From positions 1,088,001-1,152,000 of the forward strand of contig JASGHJ010000001.1 in the NCBI GenBank assembly GCA_047602405.1: a DNA stretch of 64,000 nucleotides, given 5' to 3'. The notes beneath the pieces were generated by a model. The model was not told the origin of the DNA. It was given only the letters and a program-made list of their open reading frames with translations, and did no database searches. Position 1 is the stretch's first letter. Every line of letters begins with the position of its first letter. Source of the stretch: Anaeromyxobacteraceae bacterium (GTDB lineage: Bacteria > Myxococcota > Myxococcia > Myxococcales > Anaeromyxobacteraceae). Positions 38,407 to 49,124 of this stretch are shown here, piece by piece. Position numbers and translations under genes: made by a program.

Positions 38407-39441
38407 GTGCGGCGGACGGCAGGCTGGCTGTTGACCGGGGTGGTGGCCGGCGGGCTCGCGCTCGCCTGGGCGCGGAGACGTCACCGCGGCTCGGTGGCCG
38501 GGAAGATCGGCCTCGTGACCGGCGGCTCACGCGGGCTGGGCCTGGTGCTCGCCCGGGAGCTCGGCCGGCGGGGCATGCGGGTGGTGCTGGTCGCGCGCGA
38601 CGAGCAGGAGCTCGAGCGCGCGCGGGCGGGCCTCGCGGCCGAGGGCATCGACGCGACCGCGCTCCCGTGCGACGTGACCGACGCGGAGGGCATGGAGGTG
38701 CTCGTCGCCGACGTCGAGGAGAACCTCGGCCCGGTCGACCTCCTCGTGAACAACGCCGGCATCATCCAGGTCGGGCCCGCCGAGGCGATGTCGCTCGAGG
38801 ACTACCGGCGCGCGATGGACGTGATGTTCTTCGGCGCGCTCGACGCCGCCGAGGCGGTGCTGCCGCGGATGCGCGACCGGCGCCGCGGCACGATCGTGAA
38901 CGTCACCTCGATCGGCGCGGCGGTGGGCGTGCCGCACCTCGCCCCCTACACCGCGGCGAAGTTCGCGCTGCGCGGCTGGTCGGAGGCGCTCGGCGCCGAG
39001 CTCGCGCGCGACGGCGTGCGGGTGGTGACGGTCGTGCCGGGGCTCATGCGCACCGGGTCCTTCGGGCACGCGCTCGTGAAGGGCGAGCGCGAGCTCGAGG
39101 CGAGCATCTTCGCGCTCGCCGCCTCGCTGCCGCTCCTCACCGTCTCGGCCGAGCACGCCGCCCGGCGGATCGTGCGGGCCATCGAGCTCGGCGAGCGCTC
39201 GATCGTGATCGGCGTCCCGGCGAAGCTGCTCCGGCTCGCGCACGCGCTCTCGCCCGGGTTCGTGGTCGGGGCGCTCGGCTTCGTGAACCGGTTCCTGCCG
39301 CGGGCTCACCGCGCCTCGCGCGACGCGATCGCGCTGCCGGGCGAGCTCTTCCGCCGCGGGCTCGCGCGCTCGGTCCTGACCGCCCTCGGCGACCGCGCCG
39401 CGCACGACTACAACGAGGAGCCGGAGCCGGAGTCGGCGTAG
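38407..39441 (+). CDS. Short-chain dehydrogenase/reductase
   Basis: TGGSRGLG, NNAG, YTAAK (YxxxK). Confidence 0.92.
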   Translation: MRRTAGWLLTGVVAGGLALAWARRRHRGSVAGKIGLVTGGSRGLGLVLARELGRRGMRVVLVARDEQELERARAGLAAEGIDATALPCDVTDAEGMEVLVADVEENLGPVDLLVNNAGIIQVGPAEAMSLEDYRRAMDVMFFGALDAAEAVLPRMRDRRRGTIVNVTSIGAAVGVPHLAPYTAAKFALRGWSEALGAELARDGVRVVTVVPGLMRTGSFGHALVKGERELEASIFALAASLPLLTVSAEHAARRIVRAIELGERSIVIGVPAKLLRLAHALSPGFVVGALGFVNRFLPRAHRASRDAIALPGELFRRGLARSVLTALGDRAAHDYNEEPEPESA

Positions 39442-39448
39442 CGCCTCG

Positions 39449-39485
39449 AAAAGGAGAGGCCCCGCTCCACGGGGAGCGGGGCCTC
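39449..39485 (-). terminator. Rho-independent terminator between convergent SDR and fadL-like genes
   Basis: GAGGCCCCGCTCC-ACGG-GGAGCGGGGCCTC hairpin with T-rich tail on minus strand. Confidence 0.75.
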
Positions 39486-39507
39486 GAGACCTCGGGACCG
39501 AAGGATC

Positions 39508-40737
39508 CTACTGCCCGGCCGACCAGGTGAAGCCGAGGCCGGTGATCCAGATGTTCGTCTTGTAGCTGCCCGGGAACGCGGCGGCGCCGGTCGCGGTCTG
39601 CTTGTCGCGGTCGCCGTAGAAGAGCGCCCAGCTGAGCGCGAACGCGTTCGACGCCTTCCAGGTGAAGCCGGTGGTGAGGCCGGTCGTGTTCGAGTCGGGC
39701 AGCGTCGGCGAGAGCGTGTCGGTCTTCAGGCCCGAGAAGTCGCGCATGAGGCCGAAGCGCAGCTCGAACGACGGGTTCACCGTCCACTCGACGCCGCCGC
39801 GGACCACGTGCCCGTCGCCGTAGTCGCGCGGGACGATGAGCGTGAGGCCCTTGTCGCCGACGAACTTGTCCTCCTTGTACACGTTGAAGCCCGCGTAGTT
39901 GTACTGGAGGGTCACCAGCACGGCCTTCGACACCTGGTAGGACGCGCCCGCCGCGATCTGCATCGGGAACGGCAGGTCCTCGGAGACGCCCTGGTCCTGC
40001 GTCGCGGCGCTCGCGATGGAGTCCGGCACGCTGAAGTGGCCGTCGCCCTTCGTCTTCATCGTCGCCTTGTTCTTGAAGTCGACGCCGAGGCGGAGCTTGT
40101 CGGTCACCTGGACGTCGGCCGCGAGCTGGAAGGAGAGGCCGCCGCCGTTCGCGGAGAGCTCGCCGAAGGAGCCCTGGAACGGCTCGATGCCCTGCTTCAG
40201 GTACTGGATGCCGTAGTAGTAGATGAGGCCGCCGCCGACGCGGATCATCGGGGTGATCTCGAAGCCGGCGTTGAGGTACGCGCCGAGCACGCGGCGCTCG
40301 ACCGTGATGATGCGGCCGCGGCCCTGCCAGTCCTCGTCCCACTTCATCTGGCCACCGCCGGGGACGCCGAGGCCGCCGCCGATGCCGAGCCTGTGGCCGC
40401 CGGCGTCGAGCCCGTAGGCGAGGAACAGGGCCACCGGCGGGGTGGGCGCGAAGTTGGTGGTCGCGTCACCGCTGACGCCGGAGGTGCCGTCGCTTGGCGC
40501 GGTCCACTTCGTCTTGAGCGACAGCATGGAGCCGGCGAGCGAGAGGTTCAGCCCCTCGGGGATGCGCGTGAGCGACGCCGGGTTCTGGAACGTGGCGGCC
40601 GCGTCCCGCTGGGCCGCGACGCCGGAGCCCGCGAGCGACAGGTCGCGGGGGTTGGTGTTGATGACCTCGAACCCGCTCGCCGAGGCGAGCGCGGGGACGA
40701 GGAGCGCGGACAGGATGGCGATCTTGAGCGTGCGCAT
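39508..40737 (-). CDS. fadL: FadL/OmpP1 long-chain fatty acid outer-membrane transporter
   Basis: Signal peptide then SGF, DAAATFQNPA hatch motif, TLPDSN, barrel pattern. Confidence 0.85.
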   Translation of the reverse strand: MRTLKIAILSALLVPALASASGFEVINTNPRDLSLAGSGVAAQRDAAATFQNPASLTRIPEGLNLSLAGSMLSLKTKWTAPSDGTSGVSGDATTNFAPTPPVALFLAYGLDAGGHRLGIGGGLGVPGGGQMKWDEDWQGRGRIITVERRVLGAYLNAGFEITPMIRVGGGLIYYYGIQYLKQGIEPFQGSFGELSANGGGLSFQLAADVQVTDKLRLGVDFKNKATMKTKGDGHFSVPDSIASAATQDQGVSEDLPFPMQIAAGASYQVSKAVLVTLQYNYAGFNVYKEDKFVGDKGLTLIVPRDYGDGHVVRGGVEWTVNPSFELRFGLMRDFSGLKTDTLSPTLPDSNTTGLTTGFTWKASNAFALSWALFYGDRDKQTATGAAAFPGSYKTNIWITGLGFTWSAGQ

Positions 40738-40755
40738 GTTCTCGTTCCCCTTCGC

Positions 40756-43715
40756 TTACGGGAGGGTGCGGGTGGTGGGCGGGACGACGCCGAGCAGGTA
40801 CCCGGCCGCGTCGCCCTGGACCGTCGCGGCGTTGGCGGGCGTGACGCCGGAGCCCGCCAGCATGCCGTGGGCGACGGAGCCGCCGGGTGCGCTGGCGCTG
40901 TCGTAGAACGTCTGATCGGCGCCCATCACGTTGTTGAGCAGCAGGTTGAACGGGTTCGGGACGACCGCGTCGTTCTTCGCGATCTGGCCGTACCCGGCCT
41001 TGGCGGTCATCGCCGTCGCGCCGGTGGGGTCGGCGAGCAGGTTCGGCAGCATCGCCTTCTTCACGTGCTGCGCGTAGTTGATCGGGTCGCCCGGATCGAG
41101 GATCCACTTCGCGACGTTGAGCGTCTTCAGGTAGGCCGCCGCGATGTTGGCGTCGAACGCCGGGTCGCCGGGGTGATCTTCGCGCGGGTGTAGCCGGGGA
41201 TGAGCTGCGCGAACAGGCCGTCCACGCCGGCCTGGAAGGCGGGCGAGTTCGTGAACACGTCGGTGACCGTGCCGCCGCCCACCGACAGGGAGGCGCGGGT
41301 GATGCGCGGGTTCGTGGCGACGACCTGCGTGCCGGCGATCGAGCCGAGCGAGATGCCCTCGTAGAAGATCTGGGTCGGGTCGACGACGACGCCGAGCCCG
41401 CCCGCGGCGGTCGCGAACGGGTTCGCCGCCGGCTGCGGCCAGTTGAACGGCGCGCCCGCCGGGAGCCGCGCGAGCGCGAGGCCGAGCGCGGACTGGTCGA
41501 GCACGTTCTGGCGGAAGGCGTCGCGGATGCGGAAGAAGTTCGCGCTCACGAAGTAGCGCGAGCCGACGTTCGCGCCGGCGGCGGTGAAGACCTTCGTCGT
41601 GCCGGTGGTGCAGGTGCCGGGCGGGGTCGTGTCACCCTGGCCGGCCGCGCCGGTGAACGGCGTGCAGACGCCGTCGGCGCCGCCGTTGTCGCAGTCGGAG
41701 TTGGCCGCGCACCAGTTGCGCTCGCCGTGCAGCGGGAAGTCGATGGCCGCGGCGACGAGGCCGGCCTGCGCGAGGCCGGAGGCCACCGCGAGCATGGTGT
41801 CCTTCGAGCCGTTGAGGCCGTGGCCGAAGATGACGAGCGGCGCGCACTTCAGCGCGTTCGCCGGGGCCGGGCAGTTGTTCGCCACGTTCGCGGCGTTCGG
41901 CACGGCGACGTACGCGTTCAGGTTGGTGATCAGCGTCGCGGCCTTCGTCGCGAGGGCCGGGTCGAGGGCGCCGGTGGTCTTGTCGATCGCGTCGACCGAC
42001 TTGAACGTCACCCGGTAGAACTTCGCGACGCCGGTGGTCGGCACGCTCGCGGGGGGCGTGAACTCCACGGCGGCGGTCGGCGTGAAGATGGCGGCGTTGG
42101 CCGTCTTCTCCATCGAGTACGGCAGCGCGGCGAGCTGGAGGGAGACGTTCGGGACCGTCTGGGTCTTGAACGTGTAGGCGAACGCGACGTCGGCCTTGGT
42201 GGTGCCGGCGGGCAGCGCGTTCCACACCGGCGCGAGGTTGGCGCGCATGTCGCGCAGGCCGCGGGCGGTGTCGTCGGAGACGCCGGACAGCGCCGAGACG
42301 CCGGTCGTGTCGCCGGCGGTGCCGGTGGCGGGCTCGGCGGTCATGCCGAGCAGGATCTTGCCGACGGTCGGGGTGACCATCGCGGCGCCGGTGACGCCCT
42401 TCACCCGCTTCGTGACGACGACCGCGTAGGTCGTGTTGGAGCGGAGCGGCGGCAGGTAGATCGTGGTGGACGCGTTGACGGGGGCCGGCACGGCCGGCTG
42501 CAGGCCGATGGCGACCGAGCACCCGCCCGCGATCGGGCACGCGGCGCCCTGGGCCGTGACGATGGCGGAGGGCTGCGCGACGTAGCCGGCGGTGGCCGGG
42601 TTCCCGCCGCCGCCGAGCGTCGCCTTCAGCTCGGGGACCATGGTGGCCGTCTTCGTGGTGGTGCCGGTCACCGTATAGAGGAGGACGTTCGCGCCGTTGA
42701 TCGTCGAGGCGTCGATGGGCGAGGACGTCTGCGCGAGCATCATCGCGGTCGTCGAGAAGCCGTCGAGCGTCGTGAGGCCGGCGGCGGCCGGGCCGAAGGC
42801 GGGGTTCGTGATGACCGTGCCGTCGGCGTCGGTGCGGAGGAGGTCGATCGGGAGCGGGACGACGCCGGAGCCGGAGTCGACGAGCACGGCCGGGCCGGCG
42901 AGCGCCGGGGCCACGTTGAACGCGGCGGCGGAGGCGGTCTCCTCGACCGGCCACGCGGTCTTCACCACGTCGAAGGGCGAGAGCGCCGGGGAGGCCGCGT
43001 CCGGGGCCCAGACGTTCGCACCGCCGACGGCGGCGGTCTTCCAGCTCACCGGCGTCCAGAGCGCCTTGCGCACGCCCTCGAGCAGCGGGATCTGGGCCGC
43101 GGGCAGCGCGCCGAGCGGCTGGTTCTCCTTCTTCGTCAGGTCGCGGTTCGGGATCGCGAGCGCGATCGCCGTGTCGGCCGAGACCTCCTTGCCGGTGGTC
43201 GTCCTGACGCCGTTCGGGCCGCCGCGGACGGCGAACACGTAGCGCGCGCCGGCGTCCCAGCGGCGGGCGCCCGTCGCGTCCGCCTTCTTGCGGAGCGTGA
43301 GCACGCCGGCCGAGGCGCTCTTGTCGTAGTCGACGGCGGTCGGCGCGGCCGTGCCGTTCACCTTGAAGAGCGCGACGGTCGAGGACGTCACCGTCGCGAG
43401 GTCGATCGTCGGCGCCGCGTCGGCGACGTAGGCGGACCCGTTCCACTTCTGCGCGCGGAACGGGATGTTGATCGTGACCTCCTGGTCGACGGGGAAGCCG
43501 CCGGCGTCGACGAACGCCTGCAGGAACTCCTTCTGGGCGGAGGCGGGCAGCGTGGGGACGCCCGCGAGCGCGAGATCGTTCGGGGTCGGGATGTTCGGCG
43601 ACACGAAGGCGGCGAACACGATGTCGCTCTTCATCGGCTCCTGCTTCACTTCCGTGCAGGCGGCGAGTCCGAGCGCGGCGGCTGCGACGAGCGCAACGCG
43701 GCGGGCGATCATCAT
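40756..43715 (-). pseudogene. Large lipoprotein lipase (VolA/Pla-1/Cef-like alpha/beta hydrolase) interrupted by a 1-nt frameshift near 41170
   Basis: Lipobox LAAC, PTPND, LDGFST, IFGHG, AIDFPLHGER, nucleophile GISLG; frame shifts at KITP/GDPAFD; downstream frame carries DPINY, NDAVVPN, AHGML. Confidence 0.85.
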
Positions 43716-44058
43716 CGAGGCTCCTCAGGGTGCGGGCGACGAAGAAGAAGGTGCGGCTGGGGACTGTGAGGGAGAGAGGCGACTCCCCTGATTGCCGATC
43801 GCAGACTGCAAAGTCAACAAAGCGCTGACGCCCGGCTCCAATTCGGATGAGCTCGCAATAACGCAATGCACCACGAGGGCTGGCGTGACGCGTCGCGCAA
43901 TCCCGGACAGGTCGCGCCGCCAATTCCGTCCGAGGTGCCGGTCGCCCGATCGTCGGAGAACTCAGCGGTGTACCCCCCGGCCGGGAGACGCGGTGCCCCC
44001 CACCGGACGCTCGGTGGTAAAAGGCAGCCGCCGTCGTCACCGGAGGGGCCTCAACGCC

Positions 44059-44985
44059 ATGACGCCGATCCCGTCGCTCGACGCGCTGCTCGACGCCGCG
44101 CGTGCGCTCGGTCCGCTGCGCCTCGCCGTGGCCGCCGCGGAGAGCGACACCGCGCTCGCCGCGGCCGTCCTCGCGCGCTCGCGCGGCATCGCGGAGGCGG
44201 TGCTCGTCGGCGCCCCCGACGCGCTCCGCGCGAGGTTGAGCGCGCTCGGCGAGGACCCCGCCGCGTACCGCCTCGAGCCCGCGGCCGGCGACGTCGACGC
44301 CGCCCGCCGCGCGGTCGCGCTCGTGCGCGCGGGCGAGGCGCACGTGCTCCTCAAGGGCAAGCTCTCGACCGGCGACCTCCTGCGCGCCGTGCTCGACAGG
44401 AAGGACGGCCTGCGAGGAGAGGGACTGCTCTCCGACGTGCTCGTGGCCGATCACCCGGTTTCGCCCGCGCCGCGCCTCGTGGGCATGACCGACGGCGGCG
44501 TGAACGTCGCGCCCACGCTCGACGAGAAGCGCCAGATCCTCCGCAACGCGGTCGCGCTCTTCCACGCGCTGGGCGTCGAGCGCCCGAAGGTCGCGTGCCT
44601 GTGCGCGGTGGAGACCGTGAACGAGAAGATGCCGCACACCGTGGAGGCCCGCGCGCTCGCCGAAGAGGCCGCGCGCGGCGGGCTCGGCCCGTGCGAGGTC
44701 GCCGGCCCGCTCGCGCTCGACAACGCGCTCTCGCCCGAGGCGGCGCGCGCGAAGGGCATCGACCACCCGGTCGCCGGCCACGCCGACGTGCTGCTCGTGC
44801 CGTCGATCGAGGCGGGCAACCTGCTCGGGAAGGCGTTCACCTGGCTCGCGCGGAAGCCGGTGGGCCACGTCATCCTCGGCGCGCGCGCGCCGGTGCTCAT
44901 CCCGTCGCGCGTCGAGTCGAAGGAGGACAAGCTCGCCTCCATCGCGCTCGGCGTGGTGGCCGCGGCGCGGGGGGCGTTCCAGTGA
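44059..44985 (+). CDS. ptb: Phosphate butyryltransferase / phosphate acyltransferase
   Basis: LLKGKLST, LSDV, TDGGVNVAP, PKVACLCAVETVN, GPLALDNA, PSIEAGN, SR. Confidence 0.9.
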   Translation: MTPIPSLDALLDAARALGPLRLAVAAAESDTALAAAVLARSRGIAEAVLVGAPDALRARLSALGEDPAAYRLEPAAGDVDAARRAVALVRAGEAHVLLKGKLSTGDLLRAVLDRKDGLRGEGLLSDVLVADHPVSPAPRLVGMTDGGVNVAPTLDEKRQILRNAVALFHALGVERPKVACLCAVETVNEKMPHTVEARALAEEAARGGLGPCEVAGPLALDNALSPEAARAKGIDHPVAGHADVLLVPSIEAGNLLGKAFTWLARKPVGHVILGARAPVLIPSRVESKEDKLASIALGVVAAARGAFQ

Positions 44986-46082
44986 CGCCGGGCGGACACG
45001 GGAAGCTCGTCCTCGCGGTGAACCCCGGCGCAGGCTCCACGAAGCTCGCGCTCTTCCCCGCCCCCGGCGACGCGGCGCTGCGCGAGGAGAAGCTCGAGCA
45101 CCCGGAGCTCATGGCGCGCCCGGCCGCGCGCATGGTCGAGGAGCTCCCGGCGCGGCTCGGCGCGGTGCGCGCGTTCCTCGATCGCGCCGCGGTCGGCCCC
45201 GGGGCGCTCGCGGCCGTGGTGGGTCGCGGGGGCCTGTTGCCCCCGCTCGCCGCGGGCGCCTGGGAGGCCGACGACGCGATGCTCGCCGAGCTCGCCCGCG
45301 CCGAGCGCGGCGAGCACGCCTCCAACCTCGGCGCGCCGCTCGCCCGCGCCATCGCCGACGCCCGCGGCTGCCCCGCGCTCGTCGTCGACCCGGTCGCCGT
45401 CGACGAGCTCGAGCCGGTCGCGCGGCTCACCGGCCTCCCCGGCGTCGAGCGCCGCAGCTTCAGCCACGCGCTCAACATCCGCGCCGTCGCCCGCCGCCAC
45501 GCGACCGCCCGCGGCGCGCCGCTCGCCTCGCTCCGGCTCGTCGTCGCGCACCTCGGCACCGGCATCTCGCTCGCCGCGCTCCGCGACGGCCGCATGGTGG
45601 ATGTCGTGAACCCGCAGGACGAGGGCCCGTTCTCCGGCGACCGCGCCGGCGGCGTGCCCGCGACGGCGCTCCTCGACCTCTGCTTCGCCCCGGGCGCCGA
45701 GAAGAAGGCGCTCCGCCGCCGGCTCTTCGGCGAGGGCGGGCTCTACGCGCACCTCGGCACCCGCGACGTCCGCGAGGCGCTGCGCCGCGCGAGCGCCGGT
45801 GACGGGAGGGCCGCGCTCCTCGTCGACGCGCTCGCCTATCAGACCGCGAAGGCCGCCGCCGGCCTCGCGGCCGCCCTCGAGGGCCGGCTCGACGCCGTGA
45901 TCCTGACCGGTGGCCTCGCGTTCCTCCCGGAGGTCGTCGAGGCCGTCCGGCGCCGGGTCACCTTCCTCGGGCCGGTCGACGTCCAGCCCGGCGAGGACGA
46001 GCTCAGGGCCCTCGCGGAGGGCGCGTGGCGGGTGCTCCGCCGCGAGGAGGAGCTCAGGAGCTATGCCCGTCGGAACGCGTAG
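44982..46082 (+). CDS. buk: Butyrate kinase
   Basis: VNPGAGSTKLA, GRGGLL, EHASNLG, VDPVAVDE, HALN, HLGTGIS, GPFSGDRAG, ILTGG, PGEDE. Confidence 0.93.
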   Translation: MTPGGHGKLVLAVNPGAGSTKLALFPAPGDAALREEKLEHPELMARPAARMVEELPARLGAVRAFLDRAAVGPGALAAVVGRGGLLPPLAAGAWEADDAMLAELARAERGEHASNLGAPLARAIADARGCPALVVDPVAVDELEPVARLTGLPGVERRSFSHALNIRAVARRHATARGAPLASLRLVVAHLGTGISLAALRDGRMVDVVNPQDEGPFSGDRAGGVPATALLDLCFAPGAEKKALRRRLFGEGGLYAHLGTRDVREALRRASAGDGRAALLVDALAYQTAKAAAGLAAALEGRLDAVILTGGLAFLPEVVEAVRRRVTFLGPVDVQPGEDELRALAEGAWRVLRREEELRSYARRNA

Positions 46083-46089
46083 TTGGCTC

Positions 46090-46124
46090 GTGTCCGGCAC
46101 CGGCGTCTCCGGCGTGTCCGGCAC
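46090..46124 (-). repeat. Two copies of 11-bp GTGCCGGACAC motif (24-bp period)
   Basis: GTGTCCGGCAC at 46090 and 46114 on + strand. Confidence 0.7.
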
Positions 46125-46234
46125 CACCTGCCGATGGGGCTGCGACAGAACGCCACTTTTTACGTTGCCTCGTCTTGCTGCACTGCGTAAGGTTCCAACC
46201 CCGTCGCATTGACTCCAGAATCAGGAGCTCCCGA

Positions 46235-47038
46235 ATGCCTCTGAAGATCCTGGTGACCGCGAAGCGCGTCGAGGACCCGGAGTCGAAGATCAAGGTCCGC
46301 CCGGACGGCGCCGGCATCGTCACCGACGGCGTGAACTACAAGATGAACCCCTTCGACGAGATCGCCGTCGAGGAGGCGCTCCGCCTGAAGGAGAAGCACG
46401 GCGGCGAGGTGATCGTCGCCTCCATCGGCTCCGACAAGGCGACCACCGAGCTCCGCGCCGCGCTCGCGATGGGCGCCGACCGCGGCATCCTCGTGAAGCA
46501 CGAGGGCCCGCTCGACCCGGTCATCGTCTCGGCGATCCTCGCGAAGGTCTGCGAGCAGGAGAAGCCGGACCTCTGCATCCTCGGCAAGCAGTCCATCGAC
46601 GACGACCAGAACCAGGCGGGCCAGTACCTCGCCGAGCGGCTCGGCGTCGGCCAGGCGACGTTCGCCTCCAAGAACGAGAGCCTCGAGTCGGAGGCCGAGC
46701 AGAAGAAGCAGCCGGGGCTCGAGCTGTCCGCCGACGGGAAGAAGCTCTCCGTCGTCCGCGAGGTCGACGGCGGCGTCGAGACGCTCGAGGTCACGCTGCC
46801 GGCGGTCGTGACGACCGATCTCCGCCTCAACAAGCCGCGCTTCGCGTCCCTGCCCGGCATCATGAAGGCGAAGAAGAAGCCGCTCGCGGAGCTCTCGGCC
46901 GCGGCGCTCGGCGTGGACCTCACGCCGAAGGTCATCGTGAAGAGGCTCTCGGAGCCCCCGGCGCGCAAGGGCGGCGTGAAGGTCGCCGACGTCGACGAGC
47001 TCTGGAACAAGCTCCACGCGGAGGCGAAGGTCCTGTAA
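46235..47038 (+). CDS. etfB: Electron transfer flavoprotein beta subunit
   Basis: MNPFDEIAVEEALRLKE, ALAMGADRG, GKQSIDDD, REVDGG, PRFASLPGIMKAKKK. Confidence 0.96.
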   Translation: MPLKILVTAKRVEDPESKIKVRPDGAGIVTDGVNYKMNPFDEIAVEEALRLKEKHGGEVIVASIGSDKATTELRAALAMGADRGILVKHEGPLDPVIVSAILAKVCEQEKPDLCILGKQSIDDDQNQAGQYLAERLGVGQATFASKNESLESEAEQKKQPGLELSADGKKLSVVREVDGGVETLEVTLPAVVTTDLRLNKPRFASLPGIMKAKKKPLAELSAAALGVDLTPKVIVKRLSEPPARKGGVKVADVDELWNKLHAEAKVL

Positions 47039-47057
47039 GGGCCCTCGGGAGAACGCC

Positions 47058-48020
47058 ATGTCCAACGTCCTCATCGTCGCCGAGCAGTTCGCGGGCACCC
47101 TCCGGAAGGCCTCCCTCTCCGCCGTCGCGGCGGGGAAGCAGCTCGCCGCCCGCACCGGCGGGAAGCTCACCGTGGCGCTGCTCGGGAAGGGCATCGCCGC
47201 CGCCGCGCAGGAGCTGTCGTCGTACGGCGTCACCGTCCTCGCGGCCGACGACGCCGCGCTCGAGCACCCGCTCGCCGAGGCCTACGCCCCGGTGATCGCG
47301 CGGCTCGCGAAGGAGCAGGGCGCGGCCTACGTCGGCGCCGCCGCCACCGCGCTCGGGAAGGACCTCCTCCCCCGCGTCGCCGCGAAGCTCGAGGCCGGCA
47401 TGGCCGGCGACGTGCTCGCGTTCGGCGGCGACGGCGCGGCCGTCACGTTCAGGCGGCCGATGTGGGCGGGCAACGTGCTCGCCGAGATCGAGCTCGCGAC
47501 CGCCGTGAAGGTGTTCACGATCCGTCCCACCGAGTTCGCCGCCGCGGCGAAGGAGGGCGGGGGCGCGGTCACCGCCGTCCCCGCCGGCGTCGACGCGGGC
47601 GCCCTGAAGACCCGCTACGCCGGCTTCAAGGAGGTCAAGAGCGCCCGGCCGGACCTCGGCGAGGCGCGGGTCGTCGTCGCGGGCGGCCGCGGCACGAAGG
47701 GCGACTTCAAGCCCGTCGAGGCGCTCGCCGACGAGGTCGGCGCGGCGGTCGGCGCGAGCCGCGCGGCCGTCGACGCGGGCTGGGTGCCGAACGACTGGCA
47801 GGTCGGGCAGACCGGCAAGGTGGTCGCCCCCGAGCTCTACGTGGCGGCGGGCATCTCCGGCGCCATCCAGCACCTCGCCGGCATGAAGGGCTCGAAGGTC
47901 ATCGTGGCCGTGAACAAGGACGCCGAGGCGCCGATCTTCGCCATCGCGGACTACGGCCTCGTCGCGGACCTCTTCCAGGCACTCCCGGCCCTCACCGCGA
48001 AGGTGAAGGCTTCGAAGTAG
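47058..48020 (+). CDS. etfA: Electron transfer flavoprotein alpha subunit
   Basis: [46 protein letters not shown]. Confidence 0.96.
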   Translation: MSNVLIVAEQFAGTLRKASLSAVAAGKQLAARTGGKLTVALLGKGIAAAAQELSSYGVTVLAADDAALEHPLAEAYAPVIARLAKEQGAAYVGAAATALGKDLLPRVAAKLEAGMAGDVLAFGGDGAAVTFRRPMWAGNVLAEIELATAVKVFTIRPTEFAAAAKEGGGAVTAVPAGVDAGALKTRYAGFKEVKSARPDLGEARVVVAGGRGTKGDFKPVEALADEVGAAVGASRAAVDAGWVPNDWQVGQTGKVVAPELYVAAGISGAIQHLAGMKGSKVIVAVNKDAEAPIFAIADYGLVADLFQALPALTAKVKASK

Positions 48021-48051
48021 CGGAGGCGAACACGGCAGGGGCGAACGCGCG

Positions 48052-49050
48052 ATGACCGAGCAGGACCTCGCGGACCTGGGGGTCCACCGCGTCGCGGTGC
48101 CGGTGCCGTTCCCGCAGGCGGGCGGCCCGGTGAACCTCTACCTCGTCGAGGAGGCCGGGGGCGGCGTCATGCTGTTCGACGCCGGCCTCGGCTCGGACGA
48201 GGGCAAGGCGGCGATCGAGGAGGGCTTCCGCCGCCTCGGCCGCCGCTTCGACGAGGTCACCCGCATCGTCGTCTCGCACGGCCACGTCGACCACTTCGGC
48301 GCGGCGCGCTTCATCCAGGAGCGCCACGGCGGCGAGCTGCCGGTGTACGCGCACCTCGCCGACCAGCCCAAGATGACCGAGGCCGGTCCGCGCTGGGCCG
48401 AGCTCGCGCCGCGTTACGGTGCCTACCTCGTGCGCCTCGGCGTGCCGCCCGACGTGCTCGCCGCGGTCGCGAAGGAGGGCGAGCGGAGCCACGGGTTCTC
48501 GCGGCGGCTCGCGTCCGCGATCCCGATCGGCGAGGGCGACGTGGTCCGCACGAAGCACCTCGCGCTCGAGATCCTGCACATGCCCGGGCACACGCCGGGC
48601 CTCCTCTGCGCGTACGACCGCGCGCACGGCGTGATCCTGTCCGACGACCACCTCCTCGAGAAGGTCTCGCCGAACCCGCTCATCGAGCTCGGCCCCGACG
48701 GCCAGCCCTCCGGCTTCCGGCCGCTCTCGGCCTACCTCGCGAGCGTCGCCCGCATGCGCGCGCTCGATCTCGAGCTGGTCCTGCCCGGCCACGGCCCGCC
48801 GTTCGCGGACCACCGCGCGGTCATCGACAGGCTCGTCGGGTTCTACGGGAAGCGCCAGGAGAAGATCCTGGGGCTCCTCGGCGAGGGCGCGCCGACCGTC
48901 TACGAGGTCGCCGCCGCGCTCTTCCCGCGCGCGCGGCCCGGCGACGTGTTCCTCACGGTCTCGGAGACCATCGCGAACCTCGAGGTGCTCGAGGACCGCG
49001 GCGCCGTCCGCCGCGCGGACGACCGGACCATCCGGTTCGCGCGCGACTGA
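48052..49050 (+). CDS. MBL-fold metallo-hydrolase
   Basis: SHGHVDH, PGHTPG, LPGHG; C-terminal winged-helix-like segment. Confidence 0.88.
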   Translation: MTEQDLADLGVHRVAVPVPFPQAGGPVNLYLVEEAGGGVMLFDAGLGSDEGKAAIEEGFRRLGRRFDEVTRIVVSHGHVDHFGAARFIQERHGGELPVYAHLADQPKMTEAGPRWAELAPRYGAYLVRLGVPPDVLAAVAKEGERSHGFSRRLASAIPIGEGDVVRTKHLALEILHMPGHTPGLLCAYDRAHGVILSDDHLLEKVSPNPLIELGPDGQPSGFRPLSAYLASVARMRALDLELVLPGHGPPFADHRAVIDRLVGFYGKRQEKILGLLGEGAPTVYEVAAALFPRARPGDVFLTVSETIANLEVLEDRGAVRRADDRTIRFARD

Positions 49051-49124
49051 AGGTCGCAGGCAGCGTGGGCTCGTTGTCGAGCCGGGTGGGGGGTGGAAGA
49101 CTCGCCCGCCGGGGAGAGACCGCC

